DNA of 32,000 nucleotides from Candidatus Saccharimonadota bacterium (GTDB lineage Bacteria; Patescibacteriota; Saccharimonadia; Saccharimonadales; Saccharimonadaceae): NCBI GenBank assembly GCA_002421785.1, contig DIRZ01000001.1, positions 30,001 to 62,000 of the forward strand, read 5' to 3'. Shown piece by piece: positions 18,788 to 27,190 of this stretch (position 1 is its first letter; each line of letters starts with the position of its first letter). The notes under the pieces were generated by a model. It saw only the letters and a program-made list of their open reading frames with translations, ran no database searches and was not told where the DNA came from. The position numbers and the translations under genes were made by a program.

Positions 18788-19015
18788 GTGCCACGACGCA
18801 ACAAACAACCCGCACTACGGCGCACGCCGCCCACTCACTCTGCCGAACGCAGCAAGGTTCGCTATGCCACCAAACAGCAAGCGACAGCTGCCGCGAACGA
18901 CCGCATGCTCTATCATCCAGACCTCGAGCTGAGCGTTTATCAATCGCTGACTGATGGCGGCTGGTATCTTACAAGTGGCACCACAGCGGCACCTCGGAAT
19001 GCGGCCCGAAACTAA
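18788..19015 (+). CDS. Possible basic 75-aa protein (GTG start)
   Basis: C-terminal part of track ORF 18635-19015. A GAAAGG/AGGAG element lies 11-16 nt upstream of GTG 18788. The sequence '...RYATKQQATAAANDRMLYHPDLELSVYQSLTDGGWYLTSG...' ends abutting the stop of the convergent gene. Confidence 0.3.
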   Translation: MPRRNKQPALRRTPPTHSAERSKVRYATKQQATAAANDRMLYHPDLELSVYQSLTDGGWYLTSGTTAAPRNAARN

Positions 19016-21223
19016 CTAGAATCGGAGTGGCAAGGTTTGGTTGATATACTGCCCAAGGATTGGCGTTGACTTACTAACAGTCGTACCGTCGCCCAGCTGG
19101 CCGCTTACGTTATTGCCCACCGTATAGACCCTCCCAAGTGTCGTATAGATAACTGACGTGCCTAAGCCTACTACAGCTTGGCTGGCTACCGCAGATGTTC
19201 CATCGATAACGTTCATCACTACAGGTGTTGCCTGAGTGCTTGTACCAGGTAACGCCACTCCGTTGCCTAGTTGCCCAAATTTATTTGATCCTGCACCATA
19301 CACCCGTCCGTTTGTTGCGACCACAAGCAGGTTCTGATAATCCGGTGACTCGCCCGTACCAGTTATGTAGATTGATGCACCGTACACGCCACCCGGTAGC
19401 TGGAACTTCACAGGGTCAAAAACCGCAGTCGACGTAGTGCCGTTGCCAAAGTGCCCCGACGTATTAATGCCCGCGCTCCACACTTCACCGGTTGTCGTAA
19501 GCGCAGCCACATTCCATTGATCAGTCGTAACCGCTTTGAATGTACCAGTTTTACTAGGCGCCAAAAACTCTGACATCCAGGTGGTGCCGATCATGAATGA
19601 CTGAGCGCTTGTACCATTGCACGTCCACAGCCGAACCGTTACCCCGTCGGCATTCGCATTGTCCAGGCACTTCCCCGACTGGGGATTATAAAAGTCATCA
19701 GTAGCCGTTCTATACTGAAATACCTGCGCCGCCGTACCATTGCACGTCCACAGCCGAACCGTTACCCCGTCGGCATTTGCATTGTCCAGGCACTTATTAG
19801 TGTTAGCGTTATAGACCGTACCGTTCGCGCGTACTTCGAAGCGCTGGGCGCCCGTTCCATTACAGTTCCAAAGATGGATAGTTACGCCATCCTCATTATA
19901 GTTGTCAAGGCACTTGCCGACGTTATCGATTTTAACAGCAACCGTTCGATTGCCCTGAACGCCGAGACTGTTCTCACCCATACCCATCAACTTGCCGGTA
20001 TCGTCTACGACGAACAACGTTCTGCCATCAAACGCGATTTGAGTTGCCCGTGACTGTCCTGGATCGCCGTATGTTCCAATTTTAACCGGAACCGATGTAT
20101 CTGAGTAATTCTGTAGCCCCAGCTGTCCATAGAAGCCCGACCCCCAGCCATACACGCGCCCGCCAGCCATGCGCACAAACACAGATTCTTTGTCGGTCAC
20201 AATGTTATTTGTCGGAATTGTATTTGGATCAGATTGGTTAGGTGTCGGCAACGCCACTCGTACCGGCGTTGCCATGTTTACACAGCCCGCTATTGTGTAG
20301 TTTGCACCCAACACTCCTGCATCACACTTGCCAGCCGCGTAGATATTATTATCTGTTGTCAAGAAGAACGTCGATCGACCGAGCGCGGCAATAGATGCGA
20401 CTTTTTTACCTGCAGGCAATACTACCTTTTGCGGCGTTGAGATATACGTAGCGGTCGATCCCGAACCAATGGCATACGTTTCGTTATAACCCGCACCATA
20501 TGCATCACCAGCACTATCGACGGCGAACATATTGTACCCCAACGACAGAAAGCTCGTATAGCCTGCTACAATCGCGTTTGACGTGGGCGCCATAAACTTT
20601 GTCGGAATGGTTGCATTTGCATAAGTACTGTTGCCAAGCTGACCATACCCGTTATACCCAGCGGCGCGCATAACACCATCCGCACCAACCGTTGCGAACA
20701 TCGCTCCATTTACGCTATACCCGAATGGTACCGTACGAACAGAAATCTGCCCGCCCACCTGCGCTTTGGTTGTGTCGCGCACCGATTTCCATACAGCCCC
20801 CGTGGAAGCCCGCGTCATAGCCACTTCTGCATCAACAGAAAATGACTGCGCACCGCCGCCCTGGTCCACCACACTGCCAATCGTATAAGTGACGTAGTAA
20901 GTCGGTGTTTTAATCACATAACAATTCGCATCGGTAGACCCAGTAGGACAGGGCGCGCCACCATTGCAGTTAGTGTTCGGCCTAAGCGGGCTTGCCGTCG
21001 ACCACGTCGCGGTGTAATTGCTATTTTTCAAGCATTCAGTCGCCTGCGACAGCCCAGATTCGGCCGCGTCCTTTGCCAGCTGCTGGTAGAACTGGGTGTC
21101 CAGCGCCACGCGAACACTTGAAGCGCTCCCCACGGCTGCTACTAAAATCATAAACAAAACCAACGAAGATATAACAATCGTCGGCAGGGCGAACCCCCGT
21201 TCCAGCGTCCGTTGCCTATACAT
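19016..21223 (-). CDS. PilX-like N-terminal (minor pilin-type) anchor fused to an RCC1-repeat beta-propeller with an inserted ricin-B-type (QxW)3 lectin domain
   Basis: N-terminus 'RGFALPTIVISSLVLFMILVAAVGS..ALDTQFYQQLAKDAAESGL'. RCC1 signatures 'GYGQLGN', 'YGWGSGFYGQLGL', 'GSNKFGQLGNG', 'GNNVSGQLGDGT'. Three repeats of type 'KCLDN.N.DGVTV.LW.CNGT.AQ.F'. Confidence 0.9.
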   Translation of the reverse strand: MYRQRTLERGFALPTIVISSLVLFMILVAAVGSASSVRVALDTQFYQQLAKDAAESGLSQATECLKNSNYTATWSTASPLRPNTNCNGGAPCPTGSTDANCYVIKTPTYYVTYTIGSVVDQGGGAQSFSVDAEVAMTRASTGAVWKSVRDTTKAQVGGQISVRTVPFGYSVNGAMFATVGADGVMRAAGYNGYGQLGNSTYANATIPTKFMAPTSNAIVAGYTSFLSLGYNMFAVDSAGDAYGAGYNETYAIGSGSTATYISTPQKVVLPAGKKVASIAALGRSTFFLTTDNNIYAAGKCDAGVLGANYTIAGCVNMATPVRVALPTPNQSDPNTIPTNNIVTDKESVFVRMAGGRVYGWGSGFYGQLGLQNYSDTSVPVKIGTYGDPGQSRATQIAFDGRTLFVVDDTGKLMGMGENSLGVQGNRTVAVKIDNVGKCLDNYNEDGVTIHLWNCNGTGAQRFEVRANGTVYNANTNKCLDNANADGVTVRLWTCNGTAAQVFQYRTATDDFYNPQSGKCLDNANADGVTVRLWTCNGTSAQSFMIGTTWMSEFLAPSKTGTFKAVTTDQWNVAALTTTGEVWSAGINTSGHFGNGTTSTAVFDPVKFQLPGGVYGASIYITGTGESPDYQNLLVVATNGRVYGAGSNKFGQLGNGVALPGTSTQATPVVMNVIDGTSAVASQAVVGLGTSVIYTTLGRVYTVGNNVSGQLGDGTTVSKSTPILGQYINQTLPLRF
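19611..19795 (-). repeat. Two 62-nt direct repeats (1 mismatch) 123 nt apart, encoding ricin subdomains beta and gamma
   Basis: 19611-19672 versus 19734-19795: gtaccattgcacgtccacagccgaaccgttaccccgtcggcatt(c/t)gcattgtccaggcactt. Confidence 0.9.
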
Positions 21224-21339
21224 ATCACCATCATACCATTAACGGTATGGTTGTGTATATTACAAGCATGAGAAGCTTGCCACCTAGTGTCACTGACGCT
21301 ACAATAGACACTAGATATAATACGAAAAAGGGGATAGTC

Positions 21340-21612
21340 ATGTCAGACACAGCGGGCGCCAGCGTCATCATCTACAGTGCACCGTGGTGCGCATTTTGCA
21401 AAACAGAAAAACAGTACCTAGAGCACCTCGGCGTTGCCTATACAGAGCGTGACATCGAAGAAGACGACGGCGCGATGGACGAACTGCTCGCTAAAGTAGG
21501 CGGCGAAGCCAGTAGCGTGCCTGTCACTGATATCGATGGCGTGATTATTCGCGGATTTGACCGTGCCAAGATTGACGCCACCCTTAAGGAGAAGGGGCTG
21601 ATTGCCGCGTAA
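21340..21612 (+). CDS. Glutaredoxin-like / NrdH-like thioredoxin-fold protein
   Basis: 'VIIYSAPWCAFCKTEKQYLE' has a CxxC motif. ATG 21340 is preceded by AAAGGGGA, with TATAAT at about 21314. Confidence 0.85.
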   Translation: MSDTAGASVIIYSAPWCAFCKTEKQYLEHLGVAYTERDIEEDDGAMDELLAKVGGEASSVPVTDIDGVIIRGFDRAKIDATLKEKGLIAA

Positions 21613-21636
21613 CTCTGTTACCACAACCGCTTATAC

Positions 21637-21665
21637 TTGACATTTTAACTATATTTTGATATAAT
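21637..21665 (+). promoter_or_regulatory. Perfect sigma70-type consensus promoter TTGACA-N17-TATAAT, 6 nt before ATG 21672
   Basis: TTGACA 21637-21642, 17-nt spacer, TATAAT 21660-21665. Confidence 0.65.
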
Positions 21666-21671
21666 ATAATT

Positions 21672-21947
21672 ATGGAACAAACTCGTAGCACAGAGGCGCA
21701 GCCCCTTAAGGAGAGGTGGCTTGACGTTCAGACGAGGGTTGAATACACAGGCTCGATGCCAACCAGCGTCGTTTTTGCGTACCTACAGGACGGCGTCGTA
21801 AAAGGCGGCTCGATTGCTATTGATAAGACTTTCGATACCAACCAGATTTACGGCGGCCTCATGGCGTGGACGGGGCGATTCAACGTAAACACCGGCGATT
21901 TAGTCGCTGTGCAAATATCTACTACCGGAAAGTGGTACTCTCTTTAA
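21672..21947 (+). CDS. Hypothetical 91-aa protein (leaderless-type start)
   Basis: ORF immediately downstream of the consensus promoter. Beta-rich sequence, no motif recognised. Confidence 0.7.
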   Translation: MEQTRSTEAQPLKERWLDVQTRVEYTGSMPTSVVFAYLQDGVVKGGSIAIDKTFDTNQIYGGLMAWTGRFNVNTGDLVAVQISTTGKWYSL

Positions 21948-21955
21948 GTCGGGTG

Positions 21956-23635
21956 CTACTGCGCGCCCACCTGCACAACATCGCCACCGAGCGTATTACG
22001 GAAGTAATTGTCGTGGCTCACATACAGCACAGCGCCACTATAGCGCTGGAGCGCCATTTCAAGCTCTTCGATACTCGGCAGGTCTAAATGGTTTGTTGGC
22101 TCGTCCAGAATCAATAATTGTGGATCGTTAGCCAGCATACTAATCAGCTGAAAACGCGCCTTCTGGCCGCCGCTCAGGCGCGAAATGGGAACCTGACCAT
22201 CACTTTCGCTAAACAAATAATCTGCAAGCAAGCTGCGGATTTTTGTAGTGCTGATGGATAAATCACGGTCCAGGTACATACGCTCAATTGCTGCAACCAG
22301 AGGTAAGTCAAAGTAGTTATCGTTGACTTCCTGCTCATATATCCCAATGCGAACATGCGTATCAAGCTCGAGCACGCCGCCAAAAACCGTCACTTCAGGG
22401 CTACCAAGCAGTGCTTTAATGAGCGTCGTTTTGCCGGCGCCGTTACGCCCGCGCAGCTCAAGGGCCTCGCCCTCACGCAGGTCAATATTCACGCCCTCAA
22501 ACAACAGCGTGTCGCCGTAGCCCAACCCTAGGTCGCTGGCCCGCACTAGCACGTGTTTGCTACGCGATGCATCGTTCTTCAAGTGCATACGAATGTTACG
22601 TGCTTTGAACTTTTCGTACTGGCCGGCAACCTTGTAGTTCAGGTTCTCAACGCTATCTTTATCAATCCAAAACGTTGGCTTTTCTTTGGCTTCTAGTTCC
22701 GCTAGTTCGGCCCGCGATTGCGTTTCGAGGCGCTTAAACTTCTGAATGGTCGCGGGGTTACGCGCTTTTTCTTTCAGCCGCTGGTAGTCAAGCACCTTCA
22801 CCTTCAGGTTCGCCATGCGCTTTTCAATCATTTCGAACTCATTCATTGCCGTGCCCGTGTGTACGGCATTCTGGCGTAGGTACGCATCGTAATTACCTTT
22901 AAAACTTTGGCAACCGCCATCTTTCAGCTCAATAATCCGATCAACGTGTTTTAGCACGTCGCGGTCATGGGTAATAATCAGCATAGCTTCTCGGGCATTC
23001 ATCAGCCAGTCAACGAACTGCTTTTTAGCCACGTAGTCCATATGGTTCGTCGGCTCGTCAAGCAGCGCTAGGTGAGCATCGCTATGCATTACTTTCACCA
23101 CCTCGACCAGGCGCTTTTGGCCACCAGATAGCGTCACTAATGGTCGATGCGCCACACCGCTCAGCTGAAAACTCTCTAGCTCCTGCTCAATGTCACTTTC
23201 AATCTGGTAGTAACCACGCTGCTCAAACCGTTCTAGTGCCTCACTATACTCATGAATCAACCGCATGTTATCGCCCATAGTAGCAGGATAGGTCTCGATA
23301 ATATGGCTCAGGTCGCTGTACTCAGGCAGGCCAGCCAGCACATACTGCAGCACCGTTTGGTCAGCGATCCCATGATGCTCCTGAGCGGTCGCCACTACGG
23401 TTGTTCCACGACGGTAAATCACTTCGCCCGTGTAGTCAGTGTCGGTTCCAGCCAATATGCCGAACAGGGTACTTTTACCCACACCGTTTCGGCCAATCAC
23501 GCCCACTTTTTCGCCGTCGTCCACGCTAAATTTTACCCCAGTCATTAAAGACTTGGGGCCAAAAGATTTTTCTGTTACGGTTACGTCGGCAATCACTTTA
23601 ATCCATTGTAGCATACCCCTGTTAGTTATTGACAT
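21956..23635 (-). CDS. ABC-F family ATPase (two ABC domains, no TM domain)
   Basis: Walker A 'GRNGVGKST' and 'GRNGAGKTT'. Signatures 'LSGGQKRL' and 'LSGGQKARF'. Walker B 'LLDEPTNHMD' and 'ILDEPTNHLD'. The start may be ATG 23614 (MLQWIKV). Confidence 0.9.
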   Translation of the reverse strand: MSITNRGMLQWIKVIADVTVTEKSFGPKSLMTGVKFSVDDGEKVGVIGRNGVGKSTLFGILAGTDTDYTGEVIYRRGTTVVATAQEHHGIADQTVLQYVLAGLPEYSDLSHIIETYPATMGDNMRLIHEYSEALERFEQRGYYQIESDIEQELESFQLSGVAHRPLVTLSGGQKRLVEVVKVMHSDAHLALLDEPTNHMDYVAKKQFVDWLMNAREAMLIITHDRDVLKHVDRIIELKDGGCQSFKGNYDAYLRQNAVHTGTAMNEFEMIEKRMANLKVKVLDYQRLKEKARNPATIQKFKRLETQSRAELAELEAKEKPTFWIDKDSVENLNYKVAGQYEKFKARNIRMHLKNDASRSKHVLVRASDLGLGYGDTLLFEGVNIDLREGEALELRGRNGAGKTTLIKALLGSPEVTVFGGVLELDTHVRIGIYEQEVNDNYFDLPLVAAIERMYLDRDLSISTTKIRSLLADYLFSESDGQVPISRLSGGQKARFQLISMLANDPQLLILDEPTNHLDLPSIEELEMALQRYSGAVLYVSHDNYFRNTLGGDVVQVGAQ

Positions 23636-23657
23636 ATTATCAACTATTTGCTATAAT
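23629..23657 (+). promoter_or_regulatory. Consensus promoter TTGACA-N17-TATAAT for the 23691 cassette
   Basis: TTGACA 23629-23634, 17-nt spacer, TATAAT 23652-23657. It overlaps the 5' end of the ABC-F ORF on the other strand. Confidence 0.6.
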
Positions 23658-23690
23658 AGTATTGTTGGATCGCCTACACGAAGGAGCATC

Positions 23691-24041
23691 ATGACCAACA
23701 TGGACACCGCCCCCAGCCAGCCCGTCAACGACGAGCAGGGCACCACGGCGGCGAACGACGCCATCACCATCACGGCCGAGGGGCCGTTCGGGTTCATCAG
23801 CTGGACCCCCGGCGAGCACACGCAGGAGCACCTGCAGGAGCTCGACGGAACGGAGCGCGATGAGTTCCTGGCCCTCCTCCAGAAGGGACTAGGCTCGCAG
23901 GCAGCCGCGATGAAGAGCCTGGTCTGCGACACGATGGCCCTCACCGCACTGCTCGACCTCATGATGTCCAACCTCGAGCCCGATGAGTTCTCCTTGCCGG
24001 ACTTCAGCGCCATCATCACGGGCAACTTCCCGAGGTCCTGA
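23691..24041 (+). CDS. Acidic 116-aa hypothetical protein, GC3-saturated
   Basis: GAAGGAG, a 5-nt spacer, then ATG 23691. By my manual count only about 7 of 116 codons end in A/T. Followed by a terminator. Confidence 0.7.
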   Translation: MTNMDTAPSQPVNDEQGTTAANDAITITAEGPFGFISWTPGEHTQEHLQELDGTERDEFLALLQKGLGSQAAAMKSLVCDTMALTALLDLMMSNLEPDEFSLPDFSAIITGNFPRS

Positions 24042-24118
24042 CCCAACACCCGCCACGGCGGCCCGCTTGCATGCTCATGCGCTGCAGCGTGGCCGCCTGG
24101 CCCTACCCCCTTCTTCTA

Positions 24119-24145
24119 TCGCCCCGCTGGGCGACTTTTTTATTT
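24119..24145 (+). terminator. Rho-independent terminator
   Basis: TCGCCC-cgct-GGGCGA followed by CTTTTTTATTT. Confidence 0.7.
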
Positions 24146-24209
24146 ACGTAACCGCATAATCCTGGTATTATAGGCAAACGCTTGAGGTCACCGTAGGGAG
24201 GTGGTTTAC

Positions 24210-24449
24210 ATGACACGCAAGCAGGCAAAACCCGTCCCCGCAAAGCGTCGCTTCGACGCGGTGCGCGCACTCAAGGACACGGGGCTCTCCGTCGGATCCC
24301 TGGTGGTCGCCGCAATCATCGTGGTGCTCGCTCCGCTCCTGTGGGTGTTCCTGTTCGGCAAGGGCATTCGCGACGCCCTCGGCAAGATGGCAGACGCCCG
24401 GGTCCAGCGACGTCTGGAGCGTGGCTCCCGGCGCGACAAGAAGGCCTAG
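24210..24449 (+). CDS. Basic single-pass membrane protein (79 aa), GC3-rich
   Basis: GGGAGG, an 8-nt spacer, then ATG 24210. TM helix 'LSVGSLVVAAIIVVLAPLLWVFLF' is flanked by Lys/Arg-rich tails. Confidence 0.65.
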   Translation: MTRKQAKPVPAKRRFDAVRALKDTGLSVGSLVVAAIIVVLAPLLWVFLFGKGIRDALGKMADARVQRRLERGSRRDKKA

Positions 24450-24458
24450 CCTTCCCAT

Positions 24459-24500
24459 GGCCACCAACTCTCGACATTGTCGGGGGCTGGTGGCCACTTT
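24459..24500 (+). terminator. Long hairpin after the 24210 ORF (weak T-tract)
   Basis: GGCCACCA...TGGTGGCC with inner pairing CGAC/GTCG, then ACTTTCAT. Confidence 0.4.
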
Positions 24501-24552
24501 CATATGGCCATATTAAGTTCCCGTTCTCCAACTGCATTGTTTTCATCTCCTC

Positions 24553-24561
24553 TGTTATACT
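24553..24561 (+). promoter_or_regulatory. Extended -10 element TGtTATACT, 7 nt before the smpB ATG
   Basis: tcTGtTATACTagggggtATG read directly. Confidence 0.4.
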
Positions 24562-24568
24562 AGGGGGT

Positions 24569-25045
24569 ATGAGTGCCAAAAAAACCGCCCCAGTCCGCAC
24601 ACCAGCGCCGATTGTTAACCGCAGGGCGCGGTTTGATTATGAGCTCGGTGACGATATTGTGGCCGGCCTTGTGCTGACCGGGCCAGAGGTACGCGCTGCA
24701 CGCGACGGGCACATCCAGCTAAAGGGGTCTTTTGTTTCTGTTCGCGGCGGGGAGCTATGGCTCAATAACGCTAGCTTTAGCCTGAAACTTAATGAGCGGG
24801 GCAAACCCGGCGCGCGAACCATCGACACCGAACCGCGTAAATTATTGGCAAGCCGTAAACAAATCGATCAGTTCATCGCCCGTAAAAAAGACGGTATGAC
24901 CATTGTCCCGACAAAGTTACTGAACAAAGGAAAGTACATCAAAATCGTCATCGCACTCGGCAAGGGTAAAAAGAACTATGACAAACGCGAAACCATCAAA
25001 AAACGCGATATCGACCGTGAACATAGCCGAATGATGAAAGGGTAA
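24569..25045 (+). CDS. smpB: SsrA-binding protein SmpB
   Basis: 'NRRARFDYELGDDIVAGLVLTGPEVRAAR' and the C-terminal 'GKGKKNYDKRETIKKRDIDRE' tail typical of SmpB. The track ORF from 24341 is an upstream extension. Confidence 0.9.
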   Translation: MSAKKTAPVRTPAPIVNRRARFDYELGDDIVAGLVLTGPEVRAARDGHIQLKGSFVSVRGGELWLNNASFSLKLNERGKPGARTIDTEPRKLLASRKQIDQFIARKKDGMTIVPTKLLNKGKYIKIVIALGKGKKNYDKRETIKKRDIDREHSRMMKG

Positions 25046-25047
25046 TC

Positions 25048-25893
25048 ATGAAGCAAACCATTGCATTGAATAACGGGCTCACTGTTCACTGCTGGACGTA
25101 CCATCCCGACGCTACTGAAACCATGGTACTCATCCACGGTTTCACCGGCAGCCACGAGGGCTTCCAGTACATCATCCCGCTATTACCTGATATTCGGTTT
25201 ATCGTGCCCGATCTACCCGGGTTTGGGGCCAGTGACCTGCCTGCACGAGAAGACTGGTCGATCGACGCCATCGCACGGCTCACCAACGACTTTGTCGAAG
25301 CGCTGGCATTACCCGAACCACCCCACATTCTGGGGCATAGCATGGGCGGCCTCGTCGTCAGCAGCATGATCTACCAGAACCCAGAACTATATAGCGACCA
25401 TGTCGTGCTCATCAGTCCCGTACCATCGGCCATTCGTCGTAATGATGCTCGTCGCCCCGGAGCAGTCCTTGGCGCGTTGCAGTATCGCATCGGACACCGC
25501 ACCGGTAGAATGGGGCACAAACTTGTCAAAAGCCGCACCATTTCGCGCGCCCTCACCGCATTCCTGATTAAAACGACCGACAAGCAACTTCGCGCCGAAA
25601 TCTACCAACATCACTTCAAAAACCTCGATTACATTTCAGATATCGAATTTTATTCAAAGCTGTACACCGACATCAATCGTTCAGGCGCGTCGCACTACGC
25701 CGAGAGCTTACGGCACAAAAAGATGCTCCTGCTGGCGGGCGACAAAGACACCGTCACGCCACTCGGCGAAATCAAAAAGTTCGCGCAGGTCGTCCAGCCA
25801 GCACAGTTCCATGTCATTCCCAATGTCAGCCACCTGATTCATTACGAACGCGCGCCTGAAGCAGCAGCCCTGATTGAGCCATTCCTCAAGTAG
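25048..25893 (+). CDS. Alpha/beta-fold hydrolase
   Basis: 'LIHGFTGSHEGF', nucleophile elbow 'GHSMGG', late 'GDKD' and 'SHLIHYE' as candidate Asp/His. Confidence 0.85.
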   Translation: MKQTIALNNGLTVHCWTYHPDATETMVLIHGFTGSHEGFQYIIPLLPDIRFIVPDLPGFGASDLPAREDWSIDAIARLTNDFVEALALPEPPHILGHSMGGLVVSSMIYQNPELYSDHVVLISPVPSAIRRNDARRPGAVLGALQYRIGHRTGRMGHKLVKSRTISRALTAFLIKTTDKQLRAEIYQHHFKNLDYISDIEFYSKLYTDINRSGASHYAESLRHKKMLLLAGDKDTVTPLGEIKKFAQVVQPAQFHVIPNVSHLIHYERAPEAAALIEPFLK

Positions 25894-25900
25894 AAACAGT

Positions 25901-27181
25901 CTACTTCTTGTCGTCGCTACCGCTACCTTGCCAGAATTCCATATATTCTGCAAGTTCGCTTTCCTTAATGCGGTCAACGAACCCGGCAGGGCGTGCGGCC
26001 ACTTCGGCTTTTTTCGTTTTAATCACTTTTTTATACAATTTTATAAACGCTGTTAGCGTGTAGCTCAAGTCGTGGGTCTTAGCGATGCGAAGTGATTCCT
26101 CGCCAAACGATTTTTGGAGTTTTTTGTCGCCAATGATCTTCGCGATACCTTCAGCCATGCCCTCATCGTCATCGAGTTCAAACAAAAAGCCGTTTTTGCC
26201 ATCGTGGCATAGCTCACTAAGGGCGCCGGCATTCACGGCAACGACTGGCTTACCGCACGCCATAGCTTCGAGCGTTGCAATGCTCTGCAGCTCAGCAGGG
26301 CTGGAAATAGCATACAGCACACCCACGCGTTCCAGAGCAATCTTGTCCTCATCACTCACACGACCCGTAAACGTAATATGCTCCGAAATACCCAGCTCAT
26401 CAGCCAACCGCACCATGTGCTCGCGGTCGACACCGTCACCCACAATCAGCGTGTGAACTTGGTGGTCCTTCAGCAGGCGCCGCGTTGCTTTAATCAGCAC
26501 CCACAGGTGCTTTTCGGCGTCCATACGGCCGATATAGGTAATGATGGGGCGATCTGTCGGCAGACCAAAACGCTCATACACTGCGGGGTCAGCAGGACCA
26601 GGCGTATACTCACGCAAGTCAATGCCGTTACTAATTACTTCAACTGGCCGCGAGAGCTTTTCGACATGCTTACCAAATAATTTGATTCCTGATTCAGTGG
26701 GTGATGTAATCACATCCGCACGGCTGTGAAAACGACGACCATAATCAGCCAACATGTAGTTGATTGGCCTGCTCAAAAGCGCTGCGCGCTTGAGGTTATC
26801 CATCAAATTCTCAGGCATCGCATGACTGGTCGTGACGACTGGTATATCGTAGCGTCGACCAAAAAACATCGCCGCTTGCCCGATCCACATGAGCATCTGA
26901 ATATGAATGACGTCTGGCTGGAAATCCTGGATGATTTTGCGAACTTCAAGCTGTGGGGTCGGGCTAATGCGAAAGTTTTGATAAAAGGGGAATATAGTTG
27001 AACGGGTGCGATAAATAACGTAATTACCGTCGATTTCTTTGGATTTACGACCATCTTGGCTCGGCGCAATCACGACAACTTCGTGGCCCTGCTCGGCAAG
27101 ACCGCGTGCGAGGTTTCGACTAAAGGTTGCAACACCGTTGAATACGGGCCAGTGAAGGTCGGCAGCAATAAGAATTTTCAT
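25901..27181 (-). CDS. GT4-family (GT-B fold) glycosyltransferase
   Basis: 'MKILIAADLHWPVFNGVATFSRNLARGLAEQGHEVVVIAP' N-terminus and the 'EAMACGKPVVA' EX7E region. Confidence 0.9.
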   Translation of the reverse strand: MKILIAADLHWPVFNGVATFSRNLARGLAEQGHEVVVIAPSQDGRKSKEIDGNYVIYRTRSTIFPFYQNFRISPTPQLEVRKIIQDFQPDVIHIQMLMWIGQAAMFFGRRYDIPVVTTSHAMPENLMDNLKRAALLSRPINYMLADYGRRFHSRADVITSPTESGIKLFGKHVEKLSRPVEVISNGIDLREYTPGPADPAVYERFGLPTDRPIITYIGRMDAEKHLWVLIKATRRLLKDHQVHTLIVGDGVDREHMVRLADELGISEHITFTGRVSDEDKIALERVGVLYAISSPAELQSIATLEAMACGKPVVAVNAGALSELCHDGKNGFLFELDDDEGMAEGIAKIIGDKKLQKSFGEESLRIAKTHDLSYTLTAFIKLYKKVIKTKKAEVAARPAGFVDRIKESELAEYMEFWQGSGSDDKK

Positions 27182-27190
27182 ATGTCATCT

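Noticed and set aside
19611-19795. The 62-nt repeat pair as a diversity-generating retroelement TR/VR pair
   Set aside because: There is only one difference and it is synonymous. There is no adenine-specific mismatch pattern and no reverse transcriptase in the window. Both copies lie inside the same coding domain as ordinary trefoil subdomains.
21232-21249. Inverted repeat CATACC-attaac-GGTATG in the leader of the adhesin gene as an operator
   Set aside because: The arms are only 6 bp, it is a single copy, and no regulator is nearby. It cannot be distinguished from chance.
23439-23690. N-terminal 84-codon extension of the 200-aa track ORF (also 24341-24568 upstream of smpB)
   Set aside because: These extensions run antisense through the ABC-F start or through the neighbouring cassette and terminator. 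Internal ATGs with SD (23691) or -10 (24569) contexts give proteins that match the expected N-termini.
25889-25905. Palindrome AGTAGA-aacag-TCTACT embedding both convergent stop codons (hydrolase TAG, GT4 TAG)
   Set aside because: It is a 6-bp AU-rich stem with no T-tract, which is too weak to call a bidirectional terminator. It may be coincidental.
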